Source: Squalus acanthias (taxonomy: Eukaryota). Taken from it: a stretch of DNA of 64,000 nucleotides. Made by a program: the position numbers and the translations under genes. Under the pieces are notes generated by a model. It worked only from the letters and a program-made list of their open reading frames with translations, ran no database searches and was not told where the DNA came from. Positions 24,376 through 37,791 of this stretch are shown here, one piece after another. The stretch is taken from NCBI GenBank assembly GCA_030390025.1, contig CM059439.1, positions 53,878,001 to 53,942,000 of the forward strand, written 5' to 3'. Within the stretch, counting starts at the first letter, position 1. Each line of letters starts with the position of its first letter.

Positions 24376-24834
24376 GATCCCTTCCTCTCCTCTCTGATAT
24401 TGGGGATCTGACTGGGTTTACAAACTCCTGTTGGGTTTCAGTTATGGCTGCATAAGATAGTGAGGCTGGAAAAACAGCACCACCGAAGGGCCGCTTTGAA
24501 TCGTTATTGTCTTGTTCTTTCGAGCCCTAATTACAGAGTTACAATATTTGGGGTAAACGCATGGTTGCCCACCATTCAACCAAGGATGGCAGTCAAAGTC
24601 TTCGCCTTTGTGTCGCTGCGCACATTTTTTGTTTCCCCTTACCAATATCATTTTCCTCTGGAAATACTGCCTCATTCTCAGTCTCCTCTGCGCATCATTC
24701 CTCCTTTCAATACTCGCACTCTCAAACTCAGTGCGCCATTTCATTAACAGAAATAGGAATAAAAACATCAGCAGCAGCACGGTCTCAAATGGGTGTCCAT
24801 GCGCAGAGGGAGCTATGCAAATAATCACTCCGCA

Positions 24835-25042
24835 TTTATCCCTCAATCAACATCACTAAAACAGATTATCTGGTCATTATCACACTGCTGTTTGTGGGAG
24901 CTTGCTGTGTGCAGATTGGCTGCCGTGTTTCCTACATTACAACAGTGACTACACTTCAAAAGTACTTCATTGGCTGTACATGCTTTGGGACATCTGGTGC
25001 TCATGAAAGGTGCTATATAAATGCAAGTCTTTCTTTTTTTTC
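24835..25042 (+). mobile_element. DeuSINE/SacSINE1-like 3' half
   Basis: tgctgtttgtgggagcttgctgtgtgca...acagtgactacacttcaaaagtacttcattggctgta...tatataaatgcaagt. Confidence 0.85.
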
Positions 25043-27268
25043 TTATAAAGTACATCCACCCATTAGCGGCCTTTGTCAAGACTAAAGGGGCAGGGGAATA
25101 ATTGACAGGTCAAGGTGAGGGAAAAAGAGCCCCAAAGGCAGGCATGAGTCTGCAAACAAGTGATGATTAAGTCCAGGACCTGATCCCCTCTCTGATGGCT
25201 GCTGAAGTCAAACTAGTGCTGCATGAGCTGTTTGCAAGGAAGATTGCCCTCGGTATCTCTCGAAACCCTCATCCCATAGGTCAAATTTACAACAATGCCT
25301 CCAAGAAGTTGCAGCCAAGTTTTAGGCAATAACTGACCATTACTGTCCCTAAATGTGCCATACATTGCTCCAAGGTAGCCATAGGTGTCCTTGCAACACA
25401 TGGCACAGATGCTGACCCCGATCATCAGAAGGTGGTTCCCATGGTCATTCCCAGGTAGATTTCCCAGTTTTTGCAGAAAATGTTAGTGGCATCTTGGCAG
25501 GTGCAGCTAAACAGGCAATTCTGACTCCTGATTATCCTGGAATGTGTTCTTTTATGCAGTACCATGTAAAGCATGACATGCTGTGATTGTAGTGCTTCTG
25601 AAGAACCTTCAGCAGAATGGTTAGTGAGACATTCACTTCTTATAGTCAGACCACTGGAGTGTGCTGACTCAGTATCCTTTCAGAACAGGACTTCCATCAA
25701 CATAATGTGTGCCAAAGCAAGGTGTATTAACTCTTCCTGCAGATACAGGGGTGAGGGTGCTGGCGAAAGAGCATGGAGCACCTCTCAATCAGTATAACCT
25801 CCTCTTCTACCTCTGAGTATATCAGCTCAGAGGATCCCTATTGACAAACTCCCCTGTGCCAATAAAGGGATTTGGGGCCAAAAAGGTCATAATGACAACT
25901 GCCACAAAGACCCATGAAAGCATAAGTGCAAGCAGGAGAAAAAAAAAATACAAAAAGGGCCTTTAAACCACTTAACTTAAAAATCTGCAAATCATTTAAA
26001 TGCCTTTCTGCCTGCAGGTCTGCCCAAGACCTCCTTCCCATCAGGTTTACACGGGTCTGCTGGGGATTTGGCATCCAATATGCCCACAGGCTGGAAATGG
26101 CATGGAGCCCATTCTAGCCCCTTTTCACATAAACAAATGAAGCTCGGCAACTTGCTTTGGGTGAAAACATCATACAGCTATGGCCTGATCTGAAGAGTCA
26201 GGGGCCCTAACTTCCCCTAAAACCAGCGTGAATTCAAATAGACTGATTTCCATTGGTTTGACCAGCCTCTACCCTGTTTGCACCCAAAATTGGGGCACAA
26301 GAGGACAAAAAAAACAGCACTGTAGTGTCTCCACTGCTGCTCTAGCCAAGAGCAGCTAACTTAGAAGAGACTGGAACCTTGCTGGTCTATATGGTTCAGT
26401 ACCACACCACATGGCACATTTACCAAATGAGTCATCAGGCTAGCCACTGACAAGCCAATTCCTTCCCAGTTACATTATGGACTGTCTGACACACAGAGAT
26501 AAGGACTGAGATAGCAATGGGGCATGATAAGTAAAAGATTAAAATATTATTGGAACATAGCCATTTGCTGGAAAAGCGCCAAGGTAAATGGGAATTTGTT
26601 TAATGTTGGAAAACGACACAATTCAGGCAGACCACCAGGATAGATTAGTAAAGGCTACAACATGCTACATGCTGCATTAATACGATTGTCTGTTGAGGTT
26701 ATTTTTAAGTAATGATGAACTGTCTCTGTAATATTCTTTGCAGTGAATAAAATAATTAAGGAACTAAAAAAATGCTTTTAACAACATGTTTCTCTAAGAT
26801 ATGATTAAAATGTGGATGTGAATTGAAATTATTTCCCTGTCTTGAGCTTAAGAAAGGCTTACACTGGATTATGAGGCTATATATTTTTTGTTTTAATGAG
26901 ACCCTGTTATGTTTGCATCTGGGGAAAAAGCTGTAGCTACCATATATTTTTTTACATACAGTTAAAGCATCAATGCACAGTGTGATGACAATGGGAGGAG
27001 GGATGTGGAAAGGCAGGCTTTATCCCTTATGCCACAGAGTTCCTGATTTCAGCCGCACTGCCATGGAGAGATGCTGAGTGCAGGTTGGGTACTTCCTCAC
27101 AGGAAAAGTGGATATTCTGAAGCAATGTTGTGTGCATGCTTTGCCATCGGTTCAGAGTAATTGCATTAGCGGAGGTGACTACTGGTTCCTAAAGATCAGA
27201 AGAACTGGGGAAGTAGGAAGATTTGCTTCTCAGACAACATTTAAAAAAAATGAAGTTTAATACTTTTA

Positions 27269-27790
27269 GGGGGGAAAATTGAGTCACGCCCCCTTTGGGG
27301 TGCTAACTTCGCTGGGGCGCTACTTTTAGCCCCGAAAAAATTAGCGCCACACTCTGCAGCACGTCGCGCCGCGGTACTGCAGGCCTTCCTCCCCTTATTA
27401 AAGGGGAGGGGCTTTGCGCAGCGCGACCCAGGGCCCAGCTGGGCCACCAGGGATCGGAGTGCCGGCAAACGAGCCCGGCACTCAAGAGAAGTGCTGGGCT
27501 CACGGAGCGCAGCTGGCACTCCGCGGGGTGGCTGAAGAGGAGGCCGGGGATGGCAACGGGAGCAGGTGCTGGCAGGCGGCCAGCAACAAAAATGGCCGCC
27601 CGGCACCTCGCCTTTAATTAGCGCCGCCCCAGCCGCAGGTAGGCCCCTATGACCCCGTCGGACATAGCGTCCGGCGGTAAGTCAGGGGGCGCTACCGAAG
27701 ATCGCGGCCGGGGCACGAGCAGGGCGCTGCGCACGGCGATGACGTCATCGCCGGGGGTGCAGCGCCGCAGGGCGCTAACCTCCCACTGAG
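27269..27790 (+). mobile_element. Non-autonomous Harbinger, left portion (H1-like terminus)
   Basis: GGGGGGAAAATTGAG terminus; 27589-27755 is nearly identical to 60169-60335. Confidence 0.85.
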
Positions 27791-29192
27791 TTTTTTGGTT
27801 ATTTGCATTAGGGGAACATCAGGGTCCCTGGTTTATAAAGGACTTCCTTGGCGACTGGGTGATGCAATCTGTTAGCACATGATCCCTTCACTGCTGTAAT
27901 GTGGGTTCATCTCCAGCTGAGACTGATGGGATTAGATTCTCCTAAGTGTCCAGCATTAAATGACTTTGGGGAGTTTAATTTGGTAAAAGCTGGCAATTGC
28001 ATTCAGAAGACCACACAGATAGCTGCTGTAAGACAGTGTCGTAGGTTAAGGGTGTTCAAAAGGTCTATTTTTCAAATAGGAATTTTAGAATGAGGTTGAA
28101 ATAGAAACATTATTACTTCCATTAATCTAACAACTCAAATAAAGCAAATGACAAGAAAAAAATGTCTTGTCGGACAAAAACTTTAAAGCATGAAGTTCAA
28201 GCACTGATTATGTGTCACTAGTGTATCAATAACTTTGCTACTATTCGCTGCGCTATCCCAGTTATCATTTAGAAGCACAAGCCCAACTAATCGGCTTTCA
28301 CTGATCGAATTGCGAAATTGACTAGCTCTGAGAGAACATCCATTGTTTCTGCGTTCTATCAAGTGATCTTAGGCATATTCTTTCGGAAGGAGTGGTCTGA
28401 TAAAAAAAATCATAGAAATTTCAGGGCGTTTGAACGCCCACCCTGCCTACGCCACTGGTGTAAAAAAATGAAACATGACATATTGGAGGGGTGCTTATCT
28501 AAGGTTGTGCCGAGAGTAAAGGAAGCTTTACGTTGCATTGTACTGTACTGCACCGGAGTTTTGACTGCTTGTAACTGCTACCTGCAAATAATGGTTGCTT
28601 CATACTGCCACTGATGGAGTGTTGAAAACACTTTTCTTTCCAATCTAAATTCCTCATACCCGGAATCATGCTTGGTTGTTCCCCACATAAACCGCAGAGT
28701 GAGGCAAATTACATTTCTGTTCAATTTACTTGTGGCTTTAGTACGGCTTTGAGCGCAAAAGAATAATAAAGTAAAACCATTGATGACTTAGAGCTATCAC
28801 TTAAAATTGTAGCCAATGTTTTAACTCAAGCCCCCAGCTCTAGAATGATCTACATTAAGTCTTCCTTGAACAGCTAGACACGTGTTCATTGAACAGATTC
28901 ATTGGACCAATTGTGACTTTGTAATAAAATACTTCAGCCAAAGTAATCAGTCTGTGAAATAGAGATAGAAAAGATACTCTTAAGTAACTCAATTGCTTTT
29001 TAGAAATAATCTTAAAAAAACCTTTAGCTACCTTAAAAAAAAACTCAGTGGTTGAGAAGATTTCAATGTGAAGCAGGTGTTTAACATATGGAAAAAACAA
29101 AAAAAAGTGTCTTTTAAGCAAAAAAAAGCTTCATTTTACAATCAGACTGACAAAGTCAGTCCTAACTACTTCCCACCTGATTGAATGGGCAC

Positions 29193-30040
29193 AAACAACA
29201 ACTTGCATTTATATAGCACCTTTAACACAGTAAAACACCCCAAAGGCAGCTCACGGGAGCGTAATCAGACAGAAAGTGACACCAAGCCAAAGAAGGAGAT
29301 ATTAGGATAGGTGTTCAAAAGTTTTGTCAAAGAGGTAGGTGTCTTAAAGGAGGAGGTGGAGAGGTTTAGGGAGAGAATTCAAGAGCTTAGAGCCTAGACA
29401 GCTGAAGGCCCAGCCACCAGTGGTGGGGTGAAGGGAGTCAGTGATGCACAAGAGGCCAGTGTTGAAGGAATGTAGTGTTCTTGGAGGGTTGTAAGGGTTA
29501 CAGAGATAGGGAGGAGCGAGGTTATGGAGAGATTTGAACATGAGGATGAGAATTTTAAAATCGAGGTCTTGGTGGACCAGGAGCCAATGTAGGTCAGTGA
29601 GCACAGGGTTGATGGGTGAACAGGGCTTTGTGCGAGTTAGGATATGGGCACCTGAGTTTTGGATGAACTCACGTTTATGGAGGGTGGAAGATGGAAGGCC
29701 GGTTAGGATAGCAGTGAAATAGTCGAGTCTGGAGCAATGTTCCCTGTAATTTTGTTTGGCGCCGCGTGGCTCCTTTAAGGGGCTGTGCAGGCCATTCAAT
29801 ATACCGCACATGCGCTGTTTTTGCATTGAAAAGCCAGCAAGCCAGCTGATTGGGGTCCCTGGAGCGCTGCGCAGCCGCACGGCTTACATTGTATGCAGGT
29901 AATAAAAGCATGGATGAGGATTTCTGCAGCAGATGGGCTGAGGCGGGGCGGAGGCGGGCCATATTACGGTGATGGAAGTAGGCAGTCCTTGTAATGGAGA
30001 AGATCTGGGGTTGGAAGCTCAGCTCAGGGTCAAATAGACA
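29193..30040 (-). mobile_element. L2 LINE 3' fragment
   Basis: SRLDYF...IQNSGAHILTRTK...PVLTDLHWL...FKILILMFKSLHNLAPPYL; caacaacttgcatttatatagc tail. Confidence 0.9.
29735..29891. mobile_element. hAT-like MITE inside L2
   Basis: CAATGTTCCCTGTAA...TTACATTG interrupts the L2; imperfect 8-bp TSD gtctggag/gtatgcag. Confidence 0.55.
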
Positions 30041-30751
30041 CTGACTTCAAAAGTTCTGAACTAACACTGTGTTGCAGCTTGTTTAGGCTCAATCATGGAG
30101 CATCATATTATGGTAGTGCAAGGGTGTGATCCCGCAAAAGCTGAGTTACTGATCTCAATGTCACTGCATGGTAACCAGGTACTTCCTCATTGGGGTCAAA
30201 GAGCAAAAATCAGCAAGAGGGAAAGAGAGGTTGAAGTTTGTCAGCCCTTTTGATGCACACCTGCCACAATAGGGGAGAGGAGAAGGGAGGGGAAGGGGAG
30301 GAGAGAAGGGAAAAGGGGGTGGATGAGAGAGAAGGAAGCAGGTGAGCAGGTGGATGGGATGGCGCGAGGGGAGGAGAAGAAAAAGTACCTCTGTGATGGG
30401 GAGGGGGGGGGTGGTAGAAAAAGTCCCAGAGCAGGGCAGATAGTAAATAAAGGCCTAGAAATTAGCTATGGCCAGAAAACAGGCAGTGTCATGGGCCAGC
30501 ACTAATTGGGTGCACCCGTTCAAAGTGGCGCAGGCAGCACGCAAAATTCGTGCTCCCTGCTCACTTACATGATTGGACTGCTGATCTCAGAGCTAAACAC
30601 GCTGCTGGTTGACTTAACGCTCAACAGGTGGGCCAATATCGGGTACAGTCTAATGGTCAGTAATGTTTGGCCGAGTCTCTCTCTACTACTTAAAGGGGAG
30701 GTGCTTTGATGCAGCAGCACCTCATTGTCATTGGAGTTGGAGTTGGAAGAC

Positions 30752-32501
30752 ATGGCTCAGCAGCAGCACAGAGAGTAAGCCAGAAGGTTCTGCGATGCAG
30801 CCCTCAAGGCATTGGTACTGGCAATGGAGAGAAGGCGGGGTGTCCTGTTCCCGCAGGGTGGCAGGAAGCCATCGAAGCACACTTTGAGAAGGCTCTAGCA
30901 AAAGATAGCTGCACACATCACGGCCAAAAGTGTCATACCACGGACATGGATCCAGTGGTGCAAGAAGTTTAATGACCTCACACGGCAGGTCAAGGTGAGT
31001 GACGACTTCAGCAAATGCCATATCCCACCATCTGCACCACAAGCCTCACGCACTGCTCAATCCACCACACCCCCATCACTCACCTACCAACAATCTCTAC
31101 CTTTCATCACTCAGACCTCACAATCATAGCTTCACTTCATCCTCACCACCTTACCACTGCTGCAACACTCACACATACATATCACACCTTGCACACACTG
31201 ACAGCTATTCAACCATGGCAGGCACATCACCCAAACACATTGCACCACACTCACTGACACCAAGGCCGTGGCAACGGGCGAAGTTGAAGCCCTTGGGGAC
31301 AATAACGGTATGGTCATTTCTAATCCTTCTTCTCACATCCCACTTACCCCTCATCCCACAATCTCTTCTCACTTACAAGCTGCTGATGCTGTATGCATGG
31401 ATATCTTGCTTTCCCCCCCGCCCTCCCCTCATCACAACCTGACTCTAGTGCCTTTCTGCTTTCAGATGACCAAGAACTGCCACCAGCACAGCCTGTCCCC
31501 GAAGTGATGGAAGAGAGTGGTGATGAAGAAGGCGGCACACCGTCACTGCATCTGACTCCCACAGACACCAGCTCAGAAACTGGCACTGCCCGGAATTTAA
31601 AGTGTAGCGGGATCTGCACATGGTGAGGCAGCGGGCATGAGTGGGCTACAGCATGGCCAGGAGGAAAGGGTACCTCGGGGGCCAGCTCCCCGGAGAGCGA
31701 GTTCATGCACGAAATCTGCTGCACGTGACTCAGAAGATGACCTTGATGGGGAGGCCTTCAGAAGAAGGGTGATGGACATGGACACAGAAATGCTTGGTGC
31801 AATGGCAGGCCTGCCAGAGAGCCTCTTGTCAGTGTCAAGGAGCATGGAGGAGTCCAGCTCCAACACTGGATGGGGCTTTGTACAGAGCTTGGAGCCCAGG
31901 ATTTCCAGGCTGGAAATGATGGACAACTCAGGAGAGACTTTGCGGACCCAGCCATGATGCTGCGTGTGATGGGCGATGTCGCGGCTTCCGTTGCAGCACA
32001 GGCGAAGCGACCCAACATCTCACTGCTGCAGTGGAAGCTCAGACTGCTGCCATCGTCGCTGAGCTTAAGAGTCTCGAAAGGGGCTTGCAGGGTGTCGAAG
32101 CAGGCCAGCAATCTGTCCTCCAACAGATTGCTAGGATTGTTGAAATGCCACCCTGGGGGAGTGGCAGTGGGTCTGTGGAGAAGGAACCTGCTGTCCTCTC
32201 TCAGGATGACAGCATTCCTACTCCCACCACTGCCACTCTGCCATTGCCCTTGCCGCTGCCTGTCAACCAGCCAGCTCAGACTGCAGCCGCCCATGCCGAG
32301 GTAGTGCAGCCTACAGCTGGGGCTTCTAGGTCCATGGCTGGTCGAGCTCGTCCTGCAACGCCATCTATAGTCTCTCTCACAGAAACTCAGCAGCCTTCCA
32401 CCAGCCATGCTGCAGCCACTGGGGGAGCACTGCGTAGGAGCACCAGAGTAGGAAAGGGGACACGAATGACAGGCACTAAGGGATTGCACAAGGGTGATTA
32501 G
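30752..32501 (+). pseudogene. H2 Myb/SANT gene (exon 1 30752-30994, partial exon 2, exon 3 from 31466)
   Basis: ARRFCDAALKALV...RTWIQWCKKFNDLTRQVK|gtgagt with stops; C-terminus QQSVLQQIA..AVLSQDDSIP..QTAAAHAEVVQ..QQPSTS..LRRSTRV matches H1. Confidence 0.88.
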
Positions 32502-32685
32502 TTGATATTGGACTGTTATTGAATACTTACAAATTTATTAATTTTGTTTGGAATGTTTGTTTGATGGTGGCTTTCATTTCAGCTTTGTGCCTTGGAGGAC
32601 ACTGTGATGTTCCATGACAGAGGGATGGTATGATGGGGATGTGGTTGATGGGAATGTGGTGAGCAATGGGGATCTGGGGTTTCAG

Positions 32686-33835
32686 TCACTCAAATCGGAG
32701 TCTGCTGAGGTGTTCACGGACAGAACAGGGATTTGCTGCCTGCCTCCACCCTTCCTTCTCGCCCTCCTCCTTTTCCTTTTGCTCCTCTTCCTCCTCCTTC
32801 TCCTCCTGAGATGGTCCCACAATCATGGGTGGTAAGGGCTGTGTCCTCATGATGGCTATGTTGTGAAGCATGCAGCAGACTGCCACAAAATGGGACACCC
32901 GCTCCTGCAAGTACAGGAGGGCTCCTCCCGAGTGGTCAAGGCAGCAGAACCGTTGCTTCAGCAGCCCGATGGTCTGCTCGATGATGTTCCTGGTGACAGC
33001 ATAGCTCTGATTATATGAGTGCTGGGCTGCAGTGTTGAGGTTGCGGAGGGGAGTCATCAGCCAGGGGCAGAGCAGATAGCCTTTGTCTCCGAGCAGCCAC
33101 CCTCATGTTTGACGTGGTGGCTGGAAGATTGCTGGCACACCAGACTGACATAGGATGAAGGCATCATGACTGCTGTCAGAATAGCGGGCATTGACCATCA
33201 GGATGTGTTGGGCGTGGTCGCACAACAACTGCACATTAAGTGAGTGGTAGACTTTGCACTTACGGAAGATCTCAGGATTGGTATGTGGCGCCTGTAAAGC
33301 CACCTGGGCGTAGTCGATGGTGCCCTGCACCATTGGGAAGCCCGCTATCCTGGCAAAGCCACATGCTGCTCCTCCTGCTTCTCTCTGTTCAGAGAGAAGG
33401 CAACGTAGTCCCTTCTCCTGGTGTAGAGAGCCTCTGTGACCTCCCGGATGCAGCGATGGACGGCAAACTGGGAGATGTTAGCTATGTCTCCTGCTGCAGA
33501 CTGGAAGGATCCACTGGTGAAGAAATTGAGGGCCATGGTGACCTTGATGGCCACTGGGAGAGCCGTGGTCTGAGGCTGGAGGTCTGGTTGCAGGAGGTGG
33601 CACAGTTCTGTGACCACTTCCTTCGTGAAGCGGAGCCTCCTAACACACTGCTCCTCGCTTAAGTGGAGATAGAGAAGTGCTCCTTGAAGACCCTAGGTGG
33701 GTAAGGCCTCCTGTTGAGAGCCCTCCTGTCCCTCCTCCTCCTCCCTCTGCACACATCTTCTCCTCTTCTTCGCTGCCTCCACTCCCTCTCCTGAAGATAC
33801 TGGAGCGCGAGGGGAACTGCAAGTTAAGCCCCCAT
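32686..33835 (-). pseudogene. H2 Harbinger transposase
   Basis: [48 protein letters not shown] and CCMLHN; multiple stops and frameshifts. Confidence 0.92.
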
Positions 33836-36360
33836 GACTGTGAGCAAGTATTGTGAGTAGAAGCCTTTAAATAAGAATGAAGGCATTCTTCCCTTGCACC
33901 AACTCTCCCTGTCACCTTGGAGCTTGAAATAAGTTTAGAAAGCTGCAAGAGTTGCAGAAAGTTACACAGAGCCAGTCAGACTGAACAAACATATCAGCTG
34001 CAAGTTGTTGCTGATGGTCCCTTTAAATAATGCTGCTGGAGGCTCCTTCCTGCTTTTGAACGCTTGGTCAGCTGGTCGTAATTAACACAGGCCGGTAAGT
34101 GGAGTGGCGAACTCCAAAATAGCAGATCGGGCGTCAAGTGAGCGTTGCGCACTTACTGACGTCACAATCTGCATAATCTACATATCCCCAGGGAGCGTGG
34201 ACATCGGCAACACTGCCGCCCAGCCAAAAATGACGGCAGCCGTAGCACCCGCCGGCAGCGGGTGGAAGAGAGGCAGCTGCCATTTAAAATTCCAAAACAG
34301 CCTTAACAGCCAGCGCTAACACCTCCAATTTCTAGGCCAAAGTACTTTAGCTGGGGTGTAATGTGAAAAGTACCTTGGCAGGCAAGGGGAAGGTTGTAAA
34401 AGTACCTTGGGTTGGGAGAGGGTTGAAAAGTAGCTTGGTGGGGGAGGTAGAAGAACTACTTCAGGGGTGTTGGAAAAGTGCCTCAGTTCAGGGGTTGGAT
34501 AAGCACTTCAGTAGTTGTTAGAGATAGGCTTTCATGATACAGCAGGTAATATTGGCTAACACTTAGAAACCCGTATTGCAGGACCACCTACAGGTGTAAC
34601 AGGTTTTGCAGATAAATCTGAACACTTAAAATGCAGAATACAATTCAGAGCAGTTGACAAAGGGGTTTTCAGTGAATTTTGAAATGGAAGGTTTTTACCC
34701 ACTTACTGATTTTAACATAAAACTGATCACTTTCCACATTCAGCTTCCTTTCATTATGTAAATATGTGGCAAACTAACTATATCCCTGTTCATATTCTCA
34801 GATTATCAGGTTCATTTTAACTATATTCCCATTCATGGTTTTAGGCATTGGGTTCATTCTGTGACATTCCAAGGGACTCCCACTCACATTCAACCTATCT
34901 TCTTTGATCTTATACCCATTTGCTCCAGTATTTCCCAAAGTCTCAGAGTTCAATACTCAAATTTTGCACAGAAGTCTCATAAATTGTGTTTCCTCTGTCT
35001 CACTGGGGTAAAGTTTAACGATTGGACAGCTGATCAACGGGCTGCGGGTTCTAAACAAGGGTCCTGATGCAGCTCACGGCTCTGGGCCAATATTACAATA
35101 TTGGGCATCTCAGCCACCCAGCAGAAGGCCTTGGGAAATATGGCAATGGAGTGGGAATGGGGCAGTAAGTTGCTATTGTCGCTTTTCTGCCAGGCAGAGG
35201 GAGTTACAATCTAAATGACCGTTGGTAGCTAGACTTTTCTTCCATTCATTTCAAACACCATTCAAGTGTGACATTGCAAATGAGTACCTCTCAAAGGGTT
35301 ATGGTTTTGTTTCATATTCACGCATTGTAACAAAAATCCAGGAGGGAATCCGATTACAAATACCCTCTGTAAAACAGGAATCATTAATGTGATGATTTTA
35401 CTGCAATAATGTCTAAATATCTCATTACCTCTCAGATGTTTCTATCTGAAGCGGAATGTAAATATTTAATTTCTAATTGGAACGGAGAAGTTGAAAGTAT
35501 TAAACATCGGTTCAAATGGTTCCTGTATGATTATTTTATTTCTATGTATGGTAGTTGCTGCATCAATTAAAATCCATTTAAACGGAGCAAAATAATGAAA
35601 AATAACCATTTATACTTCTATTACTCATGTCAGGGTGACCTGCTGCATGCTCCGCAATTTTGCCATCAGAAAATATCTGTGTTTTACAGACGTGGAGGAA
35701 GACAGGCAAAGCAGGCTGACAAGGTCCTGCTCAAGGAAGACCACAATCAAGAGGAGGAACCTTTACCAACTGCCAGATACAGGAACAACTCACTAGGATT
35801 AACTTCAGATAAAATAGATCCCTGTCCACTGCATCCTCAGTACTGTCATCAGGGTCCGACTCGACAACTGCCTCCTCTCAGCATGTGACTAGTGGTGTCC
35901 CCCAGGAATCTGTACTGAGGCCTCAGCTTTTCACTATATTTATAAATGACTTAGATGAAGGAATAGAGAGCTGCATGTTCAAGTTTTCTGATGACACTAA
36001 GTTAGGTGGCACAGTAAATAGTGTAGATGGGAGCAGAAAGTTGCAAAGGGACATTGATGGAGTTCAACATGGGGAAATTGAAAGATCAACCACTTTGGAC
36101 CTAAGAAAGATAGAGCAGAGTATTTTCTAAATGGTGAGAAGCTGGGAATTGTGGATGAGCAGAGACATTTAGGGGTCCATGTACAGAAATCACTAAAAAC
36201 TAGTGGGCAGGTACAAACAATAATTAAAAATGTTAGCCTTCATCTCAAGGGGGTTGAAATACAAAGGGGTGGAAGTTATGTTACAGCTGTACAGAGCGCT
36301 GGTTAGACCCAATCTGGAGTACTGCATTCAGTTCTTGGCACCACATTCAGGAAGGATACG

Positions 36361-36543
36361 TTCGCGGGCTTTTTTTTGTTACAGAGGCCGGTGTCGGGAG
36401 CAACAGGAGAGAACAGTGAGTATTTAAACTCACTTTCGTGGGCTTTTTTTTTTTTTTACAGAGGCTGGTGTCGGGAGCAACAGGAGAGAACAGTGAGTAT
36501 TTAAACTCACTTTCGCGGGCTTTTTTTTTTTTTTACAGAGGCT
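36361..36543 (+). repeat. About 75-bp tandem monomers at the CR1 5' end (2.4 copies)
   Basis: Units start at 36361, 36435 and 36512; each full unit ends in the hairpin AGTGAGT-atttaa-ACTCACT. Confidence 0.9.
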
Positions 36544-36855
36544 TACCAATCTCACAGACCGGCGGCGGTGTTCCAGAGCCACGTCACGATTCAAAAAGTG
36601 ACGCGGGCAAGAGGAAGCAGCTGATTGGGTGAGTACGGCCAGGTGAGTATTTATACTACTCTATAGTTTGACAGTTAAGGTTAATAGTTTATAAAGTTTA
36701 GCAGGTCTTAATATTTGTGGTTATAGTTTCTAAGGTCTCTGTTGTGTAGCGGGGAGTGCTAGTAAACAAGGGCCCTTGAGTATATCATTTAATTGTAGTG
36801 TAATTAGTGGTATTAATTCGATTTAATTTAATTTAAATTAATTAAAGGGTTAGTC

Positions 36856-37790
36856 ATGGCAGCACAGCTCGGCCCCGTGGCATGCTCCTCTTGCACTATG
36901 TGGGAAATCAGGGACACTTCCTGTGTCCCTGACGACCATGTGTGTGGGAAGTGTATCCAGTTGCAGCTACTGGCAGACCGCATTGCGGCACTGGAGCTGC
37001 GAATGGATACATACTGGAGCATTCGCAATGCTGAGGACATCGTGGATAGCATGTTTAATGAGTTGGTCACACCGCAGGTAAAGGCTGCACAGGCAGGAAG
37101 GGAATGGGTGACCGCCAGGTAGGTAGTGCAGGCGTCCCCTGTGGCCTTCCCCTTTTCAAACAGATATACCATTTTGGATATTGTTGAGGGAGATGGCTTA
37201 TCGGGGGAAGGCAGCAGCAGCCAACTTCCTGGCACCATGGGTGGTTCTGCTGCACAGGACGGGAGGAAAAAGAGCGGGAGAGCTTTAGTGATAGGGGATT
37301 CTATTGTAAGGGGAATAGATAGGCGTTTCTGCGGCCGCAAACGAGACTCCAGGATGGTATGTTGCGCCCCTGATGCAAGGGTCAAGGATGTCTCGGAGCG
37401 GCTGCAGGGCATTCTGGAGGGGGGAGGGTGAACAGCCAGTTCTCGTGGTGCATATAGGTACCAACGATATAGGTAAAAAAAATGGGATGAGGTCCTAAAA
37501 GCAGAATATAGGGAGTTAGGAAGTAAATTAAAAAATAGGACCTTAAAGGTAGTAATCTCAGGATTGCTACCAGTGCCACGTGCGAGTCAGAGTAGAAATA
37601 GAAGGATATTTCAGATGATAATGTGGTTAGAGGAAGGTGCAAGGGGGAGGGATTCAAATTCCTGGGACATTGGAACCGGTTCTGGGGGAGGTGGGACCAG
37701 TACAAACTGGACGGTTTGCACCTGGGCGAGACCGGGACTGATGTCCTAAGGGGAGTGTTTGCTAGTGCTGTTGGGGAGGGTTTAAACTAA
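36856..37790 (+). pseudogene. CR1 ORF1 (zinc finger/leucine zipper plus SGNH esterase)
   Basis: CSSC..CGKC, LADRIAALELRM, LVIGDSIVRG, HIGTND and DGLHL; TAG at 37120 and frameshifts. Confidence 0.9.
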
Positions 37791-37791
37791 A

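Larger units (their letters stand above)
30452..34338. mobile_element. PIF/Harbinger transposon H2, full length but decayed (3887 bp)
   Basis: Perfect 12-bp TIR GGCCTAGAAATT; TSD AAA on both sides; Myb (+) and transposase (-) pseudogenes. Confidence 0.93.

Noticed and set aside
31758-32489. 243-aa minus-strand ORF and similar antisense ORFs (10632-11096, 37895-38482, 4130-4651)
   Set aside because: Shadow frames of GC-rich Myb or CR1 coding sequence
35689-35880. Possible host exon after ttttacag
   Set aside because: No donor site or recognisable protein; cut by a CR1; may be a TE relic
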